This document shows, in pieces, positions 1 to 11,104 of a stretch of DNA of 48,126 nt. A program made the position numbers and the translations under genes. Position 1 is the first letter of the stretch. Each line of letters begins with the position of its first letter. The notes under the pieces were generated by a model that saw nothing but the letters and a program-made list of their open reading frames with translations, had not been told where the DNA came from and ran no database searches. Source of the stretch: an uncultured Candidatus Finniella sp. (lineage in GTDB: Bacteria; Pseudomonadota; Alphaproteobacteria; Paracaedibacterales; VGCI01). The DNA lies in contig CAYRJJ010000003.1 in assembly GCA_964424515.1 (NCBI GenBank), positions 1 to 48,126 on the forward strand, written 5' to 3'.

Positions 1-36
1 CGCTACACAATCAACTCTTACGCCTTCACTCCATAC

Positions 37-879
37 TTACGCAGCACGTCTATTTTTGTGTTTGATTAAACGAAGAGGAAGCGGATTAGGTTTTAAATAA
101 TATCCCTGTTTCTTAAGATCAGATATCACTGTTCTAGAGGGAATATATTTAATTATTTCATCTGTTTTGGAACTTTTGATAAAAGCTTCAATCGGTTTAT
201 TGACCGATCCTTCTTGCAAGCGAAAAATAGCATGAACACCCTTTTTATAAAATTCATGGAGCAGTAGGTAACTAAAATACCCCCGGTCAAAAACAACAAC
301 ATCATTCGGTTCTAGGATTTCCAAGTGTTTCAGAGCACATTTTCTCTCATTCATATGAGAGACAAAATCAAAATCATAAACTGTTTTACTCAAAACATCA
401 TAAAGACAGCTTAATAAACCTTGAGGATAATGTCGGCGTTCTTCGTTATAAACATGAAATCCAAATTTGATAAGTTCTCGGGGGATATTAACTCTCGAAC
501 CATCTGTTGCATAAACATGATGACCCATTCATAAAGGAAGAGAACGCTTTTTCTTCCAATTCTCTAACAGACATTGGTTAAGATCTCTAAAAATGTCTTC
601 AGGTATTTTTTGGCGACTTTCGCAAAAAGAAGAAGCTGTTACAGATTTCTTTTGAGGAAGCTTTATGTCTTTTTCTGCACAACTATCCCAAAATTCCGCT
701 AAGTTTATGGTAAGCCCCTGGCGGCGGTCACTTAAGATGATCTTAAAAATCATGATAATAACAATTTTACTATTCAATATCCTGCTTCGCCTTTGCCACA
801 AGGCATCGTAGCCTACACAGACCTGATCAATAATCTTTTTAACACTCGACCAATAATCAATAACAGCTTGTTCGCTCAT
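37..879 (-). pseudogene. IS4-family DDE transposase remnant (in-frame TGA at 529-531; C-terminal catalytic part missing)
   Basis: Track ORFs 529-879 and 37-528 lie in one frame, separated only by TGA. The downstream part has DDE-type motifs HHVYATDGSRVNIP and DVVVFDRGYFSY. No third (Glu) motif occurs before the stop, and 116+163 aa is short for this family. Confidence 0.65.
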
Positions 880-1303
880 ACGTTTATTACTCCATTTTCT
901 TATAAACCTAGGCGATTATAACATGCCTCCTCCACTAACCGAATGCCATTGTCCTTAACACCCCCCCTACACGCAGCTTACCTCGGCATATTCAAGAAAT
1001 TGCTTACCAAAAGGGTCCTCATCCCTTTCTTATCAGAATAAGTTTCTCAACTCACGCACGCTTGCAGACAGCTCACGATCAGATTTGTTGCAAAAAACCC
1101 TAATTGGATACGTAAAAAAGACAAAAATTCTTCAGGAAATTGGCTCTACACAATGGCTTGAGCAGGGTCTAGTTCGCTTTTGCACCGCGTCTGTAATTCA
1201 ACCCAATATCCGTCTTTCCGATGCGCAACCCCAATTAATTTGAGCCAGTTTAGTGCGATAAGAGCGCGCCGCAACAGCTACTCTACAAGTAACGCAAAAA
1301 ATT

Positions 1304-3898
1304 TTATGATTGAAGTTCTATAGAACAGTACTCGGTTAAACCAATTGAGATTAAAAATCGTTTTGTATATGGAACTAAAGCTATGTAAAGACGATTATCA
1401 CCATGTCCGTGAGGGTCATGAAACTTATATTTATGAACAACTTTTTTAACCTCGTCTCTGTAAATAACTTGGGCTTTATTTTTTCCTACCCTAGATTTTC
1501 CCGATATACATCCTAAATCATTAAAAGCTTTACAGGCATCAGAAACTGTAAATAAATTTATTTTCTGGCCGTTACGATTAAAAATAGCATCCACAAAATT
1601 AATAGTGTTTTTGTCTTTAACATGCCAAACTTTTTTGTCATTATCACAGTGATGGTGAAAACTGCATGCAGTGCTACTACGATTTTTTTCATCATCATCT
1701 ATAATTTTCTCAAACGAATGAGTAATACAAGTCGTACATTTCTTAACTTTTCCCTCTCGCTTTTCCCTCCGCTTATTTCTTGAGTTTTCTATCCACTCAA
1801 GAGTTTTTTCATTAAAAACATTTCCCGAAGATAAAGCCAGAGTTTTCCTGTTTTCAAACTCTTCATCCGAACTTGAGGATGAGCATCCTTCATCTTCATT
1901 TATTGTAATGTATGGGAACGTATACGTTGTTATGGCTGCCCCATCATCTTTATGGACATTTATTGGCTCTGCTTGTTCAATCTTTTGAGATGACAAAGGG
2001 GCGTAGTTTTCTTTAGTTTTTTGAATCTTGTTCTTTTTAGTTTTTTGAAGCTTCAAATGATCTAATTCTTGCAAAATCGCAACGGCATCTGCATGACCCT
2101 GATTAGAGGCCATCACAAGATATTTACGGGCCCGTTCAGGGTTTTTTTTCTTAATCCCTTCTCCTTCTAGCAACATTTGCGCGTAATAAAACTGACAACA
2201 GGCATTACCATTATCTGCCCCCAGCAAGAAATATTTCTGCGCATCAAATAAATTTACTCGTCCACCTTCCCCTTCTCTCGCCATTTGAGCATACTGGTGA
2301 GCTGCACAGCTATCCCCCTCATCCGCTAAAGCTTGGAAAGTTTCCCTAGCCTTTGGCAGGTCTCTATCTCCACCTTCTCCACTATAGAGCATGCGCGCAT
2401 ATTCATGCTTAAACAACTTATGACCTTTATTTGCAAGCATCCGATAACATTCACGGGCTTGTTCCGGATCCGCTGGTCCCCCAATGCCTTCCCTTATCAT
2501 TTTGGCATATTCTTGGGTAGAATTTTCATTGCCTTTTTTCGATGCCCTAAAATGAAATTCTCGTGACATTTCTAAATTCACAGGCGCTGAATCTTTACCC
2601 TGAAGTAAAAAAGCGTACTCTGATTCTGCTTTTGTATTGCCAGCTTCTGCGCTCTGTCTCATATACTCTCTTGCCTGTAGTAAGTCTTGAGAACCACCTT
2701 CTCCATTTTTTAACATACATGCTAAATGATATAGGATTTCAGGATTATTATTTTTAGACAAATTGGTTAATAGTTTTCGTGCTGTGATTTGATCCTTATC
2801 TCCCCCTTCCCCATTTCTAAGCATGAGGGCATACCTAAACATTGAGGGGTCATGATTTTTGTTCGCAGCTTTTTCCAAATATGAGCGCGACACTTCTAAA
2901 TTTTTCATACCTCCAGCACCTCTCATTACCATATCTGCATAATGGTATTGGCTCTCTTTATCACCATTCTCAGCAGATACAAAATAAGCGTACCTCAAAG
3001 TATCATCATGATGGCTCTTAAGCTGTGGAAAATTAGTCATTGCTTCTATGCATCCATTTTCCAGAGCAAACCTTAGCCAAACTGGCTCTTTGGTTATTTT
3101 AAACATACAAAGTCCAGCGGTTCCTATGTCTTTTTTGGTAATGGCAAGGAAAAAGAATGAAAATGACTTGAAAAACTCATGTGGTATAATATTATAACCA
3201 TTAGCCATGCGTAAAATATTTAAGTCCAATAAAGCGTCTGGATTGAATCTTAGAGTTGATCGATACTGGCACACTTCACAATTTTTGTTATTTAATAGTA
3301 CATCTAATTTAACTGGTTTTAAGTATTTATGGAACATCTTGCAAACCAAACAACTGCAAAAATTTTTTTCTTCCTTTAGCGGAATTTTCAGATAAGATAA
3401 TGCCTTTGACTTATGGTTTGAGTCTTCTATTATCCTGATTAATAATAAAGATGCCCTGTTGTTACCAGATTTTGCAAGAATATTTAGCTTAGTAACTGCT
3501 TCCTTTAAACTCTTTTTTTTAAATCCAGGTATTTCATAAAGCCTCATTATTGTCAAAGAGGCATCTAAATAATCTTTTGATTGGGACAAGAATCCTTCAG
3601 GTACTGGTTCGACCCTCTTTAAACAATCATCTTCCATGTCAACTAGATTGTTAGATTTAATGTAATGAAGGTAAGATTCCCCTACTGTGCCTCCCATTTC
3701 TCTAAGCCTTAAAAAGCCAGAAAACGCCTTTTGATATTGTCCCTGTTCAAAAGCGTCTATGTACTCTTGTAAAACTATTCGATTACCAGAATCTAAATTT
3801 TCTTTTTCAAAATCATCTGCACTAAGGACATTTGATGAGTAAATGGTTAAGAGTAGATAAAATACAAGTAATGAAATAAAATGTGTAAAGAATTTCAT
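1304..3898 (-). CDS. Secreted or membrane-anchored Sel1/SLR-repeat protein with a Cys/His-rich C-terminal domain
   Basis: N-terminal hydrophobic signal or anchor MKFFTHFISLLVFYLLLTIYSS. About 8 tandem Sel1-type units (e.g. YHYADMVMRGAGGMKNLEVSRSYLEKAANKNH, FRYALMLRNGEGGDKDQITARKLL, HQYAQMAREGEGGRVNLFDAQKYF) span roughly aa 300-620, followed by a Ser/acidic linker and a C-terminal domain. ATG at 3898. The gene is AT-rich. Confidence 0.85.
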   Translation of the reverse strand: MKFFTHFISLLVFYLLLTIYSSNVLSADDFEKENLDSGNRIVLQEYIDAFEQGQYQKAFSGFLRLREMGGTVGESYLHYIKSNNLVDMEDDCLKRVEPVPEGFLSQSKDYLDASLTIMRLYEIPGFKKKSLKEAVTKLNILAKSGNNRASLLLIRIIEDSNHKSKALSYLKIPLKEEKNFCSCLVCKMFHKYLKPVKLDVLLNNKNCEVCQYRSTLRFNPDALLDLNILRMANGYNIIPHEFFKSFSFFFLAITKKDIGTAGLCMFKITKEPVWLRFALENGCIEAMTNFPQLKSHHDDTLRYAYFVSAENGDKESQYHYADMVMRGAGGMKNLEVSRSYLEKAANKNHDPSMFRYALMLRNGEGGDKDQITARKLLTNLSKNNNPEILYHLACMLKNGEGGSQDLLQAREYMRQSAEAGNTKAESEYAFLLQGKDSAPVNLEMSREFHFRASKKGNENSTQEYAKMIREGIGGPADPEQARECYRMLANKGHKLFKHEYARMLYSGEGGDRDLPKARETFQALADEGDSCAAHQYAQMAREGEGGRVNLFDAQKYFLLGADNGNACCQFYYAQMLLEGEGIKKKNPERARKYLVMASNQGHADAVAILQELDHLKLQKTKKNKIQKTKENYAPLSSQKIEQAEPINVHKDDGAAITTYTFPYITINEDEGCSSSSSDEEFENRKTLALSSGNVFNEKTLEWIENSRNKRREKREGKVKKCTTCITHSFEKIIDDDEKNRSSTACSFHHHCDNDKKVWHVKDKNTINFVDAIFNRNGQKINLFTVSDACKAFNDLGCISGKSRVGKNKAQVIYRDEVKKVVHKYKFHDPHGHGDNRLYIALVPYTKRFLISIGLTEYCSIELQS

Positions 3899-4419
3899 AG
3901 GATCATCCCTAAAATTATTGACTACATACTAATTTAGCTTAATTATTTTATTTATTATAAACTATTCAAAAACCTTTATTTAAAATGATAAAAGGCGCTT
4001 TTGTTAGCAAATATTTACAAATCCTTGGCAATAGTAGTACCTGCAATAGAAAATAGCAAGTTTGAATGTCTATGGGCAATATTTGGTTATTTATTTAGAG
4101 ACCGTCCTCCTTGGGAGGACGACCTGTAAATTTCGACTCACTTTAAGTTATTTTATCAACTCTAATATTCCAAATAAAATCTGAGGAAAACTTACCGTCT
4201 TTATTGCTTCTTACATATTTAAACTTCATCGCCAGAATTTCCACCACCGCCTGCGGTTAGCCTTCGGCTTGTAAACCTCATCCATCTTTTCGGAGAGGTC
4301 TTCAATTTTTCCCCTCAAGCCCAAAAACCAGTTTTTTATGAATTCCTTATCGGGATACTCCTCCATAAGTTCAGCGAAAGTTTCCATGTGGACAGTTTGG
4401 CCGTGCTCGTTTTCATAAC

Positions 4420-6079
<1,660 letters not shown>

Positions 6080-6252
6080 TTGCTGGATCCTTCCTGAAAG
6101 CTATTAAATAGACGTAAAGAAATCATTTCTCATTCATAGATGCGGCAAAGCCTCTCCCCATCTCTTTGGAGTACTATAACATAATTTCTCTTGAAGATAT
6201 GCCTGGTTTATTTTCTTAGCTTAAAGCATCAATATTGATGCCCGCCTTATGA

Positions 6253-6540
6253 TTATGATGGTCTTTTGCCATTGACGGCTTCCTTCAACGCTCTGCCTGC
6301 GGTGAAAGCGGGAAAAAATTTATCCGGAATGGAGATGGCCTCCCCTGTGCGGGGATTACGCCCTGTCCGGGCACTTCTTTTAAAAAGTCTGAAAGAGCCG
6401 AAGCCCACAAGAGTGACGGATTCGCCGTTTTCAAGACTCTCCTGAATGACCTCGAATATGGCATCAACGGCTTTTGACGCATTTGCTTTTGGCATTGCCG
6501 CTTGTTCACAAACTGCATTGACTAGAATCTTCCTGTTCAT
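6253..6540 (-). CDS. hup: HU/IHF-family DNA-binding protein
   Basis: 95 aa. MNRKILVNAV...SVTLVGFGSFRLFKRSARTGRNPRTGEAISIP is the classic HU beta-arm motif. Confidence 0.9.
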   Translation of the reverse strand: MNRKILVNAVCEQAAMPKANASKAVDAIFEVIQESLENGESVTLVGFGSFRLFKRSARTGRNPRTGEAISIPDKFFPAFTAGRALKEAVNGKRPS

Positions 6541-6730
6541 AAAATTTTCCTTTCATCATTATGAGATGATTTTCTGGACCACACATCTTACTGGCATGTT
6601 AGACGCCTGTATTCAGTTTCAGTAGATTTATCCAGACTTCCCCCCATTTGTCGAGGCATTTTTATTTCTCTTCTCCTTTTGGCCGTCATCTTTTAAGTCC
6701 ATGCTTTTGACAAATTTTATACTCTGGCGC

Positions 6731-8944
6731 TCAAAGCTGCGGGTGAGCAGGCCCGGGCATGGAACTTACCCTTGCGCGCAGCCTTTCCTCCAGCATAGTC
6801 CACCGGGTTGTCGCCTTGTTGTTTCTGACGGCTATAGCTACGGCTTTTTTCTGGCCTACGAGTATAACGAGCTTTTTCCCTCTGGTCAGAGCAGTATAAA
6901 GCAGGTTTTTTTGAAGCATGGCATAATGCTGCGTCATAAGAGGAATGATAACGGCAGGGTATTCGGAACCCTGAGATTTATGAATGGTCATGGCATAGCT
7001 GAGGACAATCTCATCCAGCTCATTCACGTCATAGGAAACCTCCCTCCCCTCAAAGACAATGGTCATCTCGCCTTCTTCCCGGTCAATACGCTGGATAATG
7101 CCGATATCACCGTTATAGACTTCTTTTTGATAGTTGTTCTGGATTTGCATCACCTTGTCCCTTACGCTGAAGCTCCACCCGAACTTTTGCAGGCTATGAT
7201 CGCCCGGCGGGTTAAGAGCCTTTTGCAATTCCAGGTTGAGGGTTCTTGCTCCCGCCATTCCCCGCGCCATGGGAGAAAGGACCTGTATATCAGCGAGCGG
7301 ATCGAGACCGAGCTTACCGGGCAACCGGCGGGTTGCAAGATCAACGACAAGGCTGAGAGCTTCTTGCGGCTCGTTTGCTTCCAGAAAGAAGAAATCCGAC
7401 TTTGGACCATACCCCTGCAATTGAGGCAGGGCACCCCGGTTAATGGTATGAGCCACAGCAACAATGGCGCTGCTTGCGGCTTGACGAAAGATCTCTGTCA
7501 AATGAATACACGGCAACGCTTTTGAAGCAATGATGTCGCCAAGCGCTTGTCCGGGCCCAACGGATGGGAGCTGATCGGCGTCTCCTACCAGCAAAAGAGC
7601 GCTTCTGGAAGGAAGCGCCTTAAGAAGGGCATAGAAAAGGGGAACATCAAGCATGGAGGCTTCATCTATCACAACAAGGTCACAGATCACTGGATTCTGT
7701 TCGTTCCTGGCAAATCCCCCTGTCATCGGGTTTGTCTCCAGCAACCGGTGGATGGTTCGGGCTTCCAGTCCTGTCGTCTCCTCAAGCCGCTTTGCTGCTC
7801 TGCCGGTGGGCGCCGTCAGCAGGATATGGATATGTTTGGCTTTGAGGATTTTAAGAAGAGACCGTACAAGCGTCGTCTTTCCGACGCCCGGGCCCCCGGT
7901 AATGACCATGACTTTAGATTCCAGGGCTTTCTTCAACGCCTGTTTCTGGGTCATGGACAGGACAATCGCATGTTTTTGTTCAACCCAACTGGTTGCCTTG
8001 CCGGCATCAATAGATGGCCAAGGAAGAGGGCCCTGACTCAACGCCTGCAACCGCTCTGCAATACCCTTTTCAGATGCGTACAGGCTTCCGGAAAATATGC
8101 ACTCCGTTCTCTTGATTGCATCCTTAATGACTGTTCCCTGTTCAAGCTCCAGGGCAAGAGCTTGAGAAACAAGAGGGACTTCAACATCCAGCAGCTCCTG
8201 GCACGAGTTGAGGAGCGTTGGAACCGGCAAACCGCAATGGCCTTCATCCGTGGCTTTGCCAAGGGCGTAGGAAATCCCTGCCCGTACCCGCTGAAGGGAG
8301 GTCTTGTCCATGCCCAGGCTCATAGAGATTTTATCAGCGCTCACAAAACCAATTCCACGAATGTCCTGAGCAAGGCGGTAAGGGTTCTGGCGAATGAGAT
8401 CTATGGCATTGTCGCCATAAGTTTTGTATATCCTGACGGCACGCGCGGTGCTGATGCCATGGCTGTGCAAGAACAGCATGATATCGCGAATGGCTTTTTG
8501 AGCGGCCCAGCCTGATATAATTTTCTCCAGCCGTCCGGTTCCTATGCCAGCAATGGTTTTAAGGCGTTCCGGCTCGTCTTCAATAATGGTAAAGACCCCT
8601 TCCCCAAAGGCTTTGACGAGCCTTGAGGCATAAACAGGGCCAATGCCCCTGATCATTCCGGACCCAAGATATTTTTCTATTCCTTCAAGGGTTGTAGGGG
8701 GCATCGCTCTTAAGCTCAAGGCTTTAAATTGCTGCCCATATTGGCGGTCCTGGATCCAGAACCCGCCCGCCTCAATCCACTCGCCTGCCGTGACAACAGC
8801 ACAGACGCCTACAATAACGGCCAGATCCTTATGGCCCTTTACTTTTACCTTGAGGACGCAAAATCCTGTTTCCGGGTTATGAAACGTCACCCGTTCAATA
8901 AGACCCGAAAGGGTTTCCTGAGGTTCCTGGTGTTTAAGATTCAA
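6731..8944 (-). CDS. recD2: RecD2-like SF1 DNA helicase
   Basis: Typical RecD2 N-terminus LSGLIERVTFHNPETGFCVLKV, an HhH region, Walker A VITGGPGVGKTT, TAPTGRAAKRL, VIDEASMLD, and C-terminal YAMTIHKSQGSEY. The start is TTG at 8944, directly after the stop of the WGR gene. Confidence 0.9.
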   Translation of the reverse strand: MNLKHQEPQETLSGLIERVTFHNPETGFCVLKVKVKGHKDLAVIVGVCAVVTAGEWIEAGGFWIQDRQYGQQFKALSLRAMPPTTLEGIEKYLGSGMIRGIGPVYASRLVKAFGEGVFTIIEDEPERLKTIAGIGTGRLEKIISGWAAQKAIRDIMLFLHSHGISTARAVRIYKTYGDNAIDLIRQNPYRLAQDIRGIGFVSADKISMSLGMDKTSLQRVRAGISYALGKATDEGHCGLPVPTLLNSCQELLDVEVPLVSQALALELEQGTVIKDAIKRTECIFSGSLYASEKGIAERLQALSQGPLPWPSIDAGKATSWVEQKHAIVLSMTQKQALKKALESKVMVITGGPGVGKTTLVRSLLKILKAKHIHILLTAPTGRAAKRLEETTGLEARTIHRLLETNPMTGGFARNEQNPVICDLVVIDEASMLDVPLFYALLKALPSRSALLLVGDADQLPSVGPGQALGDIIASKALPCIHLTEIFRQAASSAIVAVAHTINRGALPQLQGYGPKSDFFFLEANEPQEALSLVVDLATRRLPGKLGLDPLADIQVLSPMARGMAGARTLNLELQKALNPPGDHSLQKFGWSFSVRDKVMQIQNNYQKEVYNGDIGIIQRIDREEGEMTIVFEGREVSYDVNELDEIVLSYAMTIHKSQGSEYPAVIIPLMTQHYAMLQKNLLYTALTRGKKLVILVGQKKAVAIAVRNNKATTRWTMLEERLRARVSSMPGPAHPQL

Positions 8945-8947
8945 TCA

Positions 8948-9298
8948 TTATCCTTTGAACTCCTTGCGCTCTTTCACCCATGAAAAGTGTTCCATAGTCT
9001 GTTTGTTGATCAGAGCCAGCATATCATCGTGTCCATCCACTGAAAGGATTTGGTAAGCACACCCGATTCTTTTTGGCGCTGTCAAGCGACGCTTAAGTTT
9101 TTGATCCATGAAGGCAAAAGCTTCTGTTTGGGTCTCAAAATGTTTCGCCTTGATGGTTCCGCCTCTTCCATAGCGTCCAAAAGCAATAAGGACGCGCCAG
9201 TATCCAAAGAGGTCTGTCCCCAACCGCACCTGGTATTCCCGGTCATGCCCCAGCTCAAGGCTGCAGGCTCTCAGCCTGATGATTAACAGATTATCCAT
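8948..9298 (-). CDS. WGR-domain protein
   Basis: REYQVRLGTDLFGYWRVLIAFGRYGRGGTIKAKHFETQTEAFAFMDQKLKRRL fits the WGR pattern (W..GR.G..G). It is tightly coupled to recD2. Confidence 0.75.
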   Translation of the reverse strand: MDNLLIIRLRACSLELGHDREYQVRLGTDLFGYWRVLIAFGRYGRGGTIKAKHFETQTEAFAFMDQKLKRRLTAPKRIGCAYQILSVDGHDDMLALINKQTMEHFSWVKERKEFKG

Positions 9299-9546
9299 GA
9301 CTTGAGGGCAAGCATAGGAAAAGGACCGGACCTGCGTCCAGCAGGCTCACTCATCAACTTTTGCGCCGGGGAAATACGGTTTAATGTCATCATCGACTTC
9401 CATATCAATCAGCATTTTTATCCATTTTTTCTCCTCCTGTGCTCTCTTCTTCTTTACGCTGCATACCTTTTATCTGTTTCCTTTACGCCCTGCAAAATGA
9501 CCTCATTTGTAAAGCTCCCCTTCTTCATAGAGGCCCTGCGGCGTCC

Positions 9547-10092
9547 TCATTCCTCCTCTCTGTCATGGGTGAGAATATGGGAATGGCTGATCCGGGCAGT
9601 ATAGGCCAGAGCGAGGGCCGAGACCAGAAATGTTAAATGGATGAGGATTTGCCACATGATGTGTTCTGTTTGCATGTGCTTGATGTTGATAAAAGTTTTG
9701 AGCAGGTGAATGGAAGAAATGCCTATAAGGGACATGGAAACTTTAATTTTGATGGTATTGGGATTGACCTGATTGAGCCACTCGGGAAGGTCAGCGTGGT
9801 TCTCAATACCGAGCCTTATTTTGGAAACAAAGGTTTCATAGCCGCCAATAATGACCATGACCAGCAAATTGGAAATCATGACCACATCAATCAAGTCGAG
9901 GACGACCAGCATGATATGGTTTTCATCGAGTGACTTAACTTCGCTGGCCAGGTTCCAGAGTTCTGCAAGGAACAGATAGACGTAGACGAACTGGGCGACG
10001 ATCAGGCCAAAATAGAGAGGAGATTGAAGCCAGCGGCTTGAGAAGATAATGGCTGAAAGATATTTTTCCGCTACGGATAGTTTCTTATTCAT
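9547..10092 (-). CDS. yqhA: YqhA/UPF0114-family inner-membrane protein
   Basis: SSRWLQSPLYFGLIVAQFVY plus several TM helices, and its length (181 aa) is typical of the family. Confidence 0.8.
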   Translation of the reverse strand: MNKKLSVAEKYLSAIIFSSRWLQSPLYFGLIVAQFVYVYLFLAELWNLASEVKSLDENHIMLVVLDLIDVVMISNLLVMVIIGGYETFVSKIRLGIENHADLPEWLNQVNPNTIKIKVSMSLIGISSIHLLKTFINIKHMQTEHIMWQILIHLTFLVSALALAYTARISHSHILTHDREEE

Positions 10093-10320
10093 TTTATGGC
10101 GCTTAAGCCCTTCTATTAACCTTTTTGTTAACCCATTTTTAACCTGTCCGCGTCTATAATATATTTAGATTCATTGCAGGAATTGTAAAGGCCTCTGTGA
10201 CGCGCATTGTGTGTCCTTGCAATGAATCACCTAAAAAATCTCCTCTATTTTTTATAACCCCCCCAACATTTTTTCGTAGGCTCGTTTTATTTTTCCTCTA
10301 CCCTTTTTCCTGGTAAAAAA

Positions 10321-10569
10321 TCATTGCGCCAGAAGTTTTTTGCCCTTTTCTTTCCAGAGAATTTTTTGTTCCCTGTCATTTTTCAAGAGGGGATAAATAT
10401 CAGCAAGCGCTCCGGTGAGTATGGCAACGTTGTCAAAGAGAGATTCATTTTTTTGCAAATCATCACCGAGAGTAAGGTCAAGAGGTTCGAGCAAGTTTGT
10501 TTTTTCGATGAGGCCCCCAAGCTGTATGAGCGTTCTTGTTCTGGATTTTCGTAAGCTCACGGCGCTCAT
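10321..10569 (-). CDS. Ti-type TraD-like relaxosome accessory protein
   Basis: RKSRTRTLIQLGGLIEKTNLL matches the basic-TR..I.LGG motif of small Ti/Rickettsia-type TraD proteins. The start is ambiguous. I prefer ATG 10569; ATG 10704 and TTG 10710 would overlap the upstream gene. Confidence 0.55.
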   Translation of the reverse strand: MSAVSLRKSRTRTLIQLGGLIEKTNLLEPLDLTLGDDLQKNESLFDNVAILTGALADIYPLLKNDREQKILWKEKGKKLLAQ

Positions 10570-10591
10570 CCCTGTTTTGTGTCGTATTTTT

Positions 10592-10891
10592 TTATGTAGT
10601 CTGATTTGTTGATGAGTTGACTGTCGTATCTTTTTTTGAAGCTGGTTTATTTTTGGCTCCAGAGAGAAATTTTTCACCGGCTTGTTGCCATGCCTCGATA
10701 TCATTTTCAAAAGCCTTGAAGACTTTTTGTGAGTTAAAAATCATGCCTGCCAGGGAACGAATATCGACGCTTTTTTTTGCCGTGTCCTTGACAAGCTTCG
10801 CAATGTTTTTTTCCTGTTTGTCTTCAAGCTGTTGCAGTTTCTGATTTAACTTTTCTATTTTTGCTTTAAGCTTTGCGGCTTTTTGATTCAT
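10592..10891 (-). CDS. Ti-type TraC-like coiled-coil accessory protein
   Basis: 99 aa with a coiled coil, KLKAKIEKLNQKLQQLEDKQEK. It is the first gene divergent from traA across the oriT-like region, matching Ti traC in size and position. Confidence 0.4.
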   Translation of the reverse strand: MNQKAAKLKAKIEKLNQKLQQLEDKQEKNIAKLVKDTAKKSVDIRSLAGMIFNSQKVFKAFENDIEAWQQAGEKFLSGAKNKPASKKDTTVNSSTNQTT

Positions 10892-10994
10892 GACCTTTTC
10901 CTTCCCTATTCAGGAGGATTCTCCCCCTGAGACCCCCGTAAAATTTGCATATCCAACCTATGATTAATATACAACACCAAAAATCAATAAGCAA

Positions 10995-11080
10995 CCGTTC
11001 ATTTCAAAATTTTGAAATGCGCGCTTACGTGTTGCTTCGCAACACCGCTTTGTCGCAAGCGACCTATCCTTTACATCAGG
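10995..11080. other. Candidate oriT (palindromes between divergent traC-like and traA genes)
   Basis: An 18-bp perfect palindrome ATTTCAAAATTTTGAAAT (11001-11018). Hairpins GTGTTGC-TTC-GCAACAC (11029-11045) and GTCGC-AA-GCGAC (11052-11063), followed by CTATCCTTTAC. Confidence 0.4.
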
Positions 11081-11104
11081 TTTGATCTTGTGTATTTTAG
11101 CGTC

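Noticed and set aside
529-531. All three internal stops in otherwise collinear genes are TGA: the transposase at 529-531, and small-family copy C at 39882-39884 and 39705-39707. This could hint at TGA recoding or an alternative genetic code.
   Set aside because: TGA clearly works as a terminator here. There are many ATGA stop/start junctions in the tra operon. ORFs of 900-1600 aa are free of in-frame TGA. In the paralog alignment the TGA positions do not align with Trp. Pseudogenisation is the simpler reading.
4226-4387. A 53-aa minus-strand ORF (METFAELMEEYPDKEFIKNWFLGLRGKIEDLSEKMDEVYKPKANRRRWWKFWR) lies just outside the left repeat.
   Set aside because: I saw no clear SD, recognised no family, and it falls below the track cutoff. 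It could be real, but I cannot support it.
6701-8515. Long + strand ORFs (6701-7525, 7547-8515, and similar ones such as 20558-21298 and 14694-15209) lie antisense to recD2, traG and traA.
   Set aside because: They are shadow ORFs opposite well-supported genes in a GC-balanced region. Their translations are Arg/Ser/Pro/Cys-rich with no recognisable motifs.
10592-10710. The A7 tract (T7 on the + strand at 10631-10637) lies in the overlap of the two small minus-strand ORFs and could be a frameshift site fusing them.
   Set aside because: Two separate genes of 99 aa and about 82 aa fit the Ti traC/traD sizes, and ATG 10569 follows the first stop by 22 nt. There is no direct evidence for frameshifting. 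I cannot exclude it without sequencing or proteomic data.
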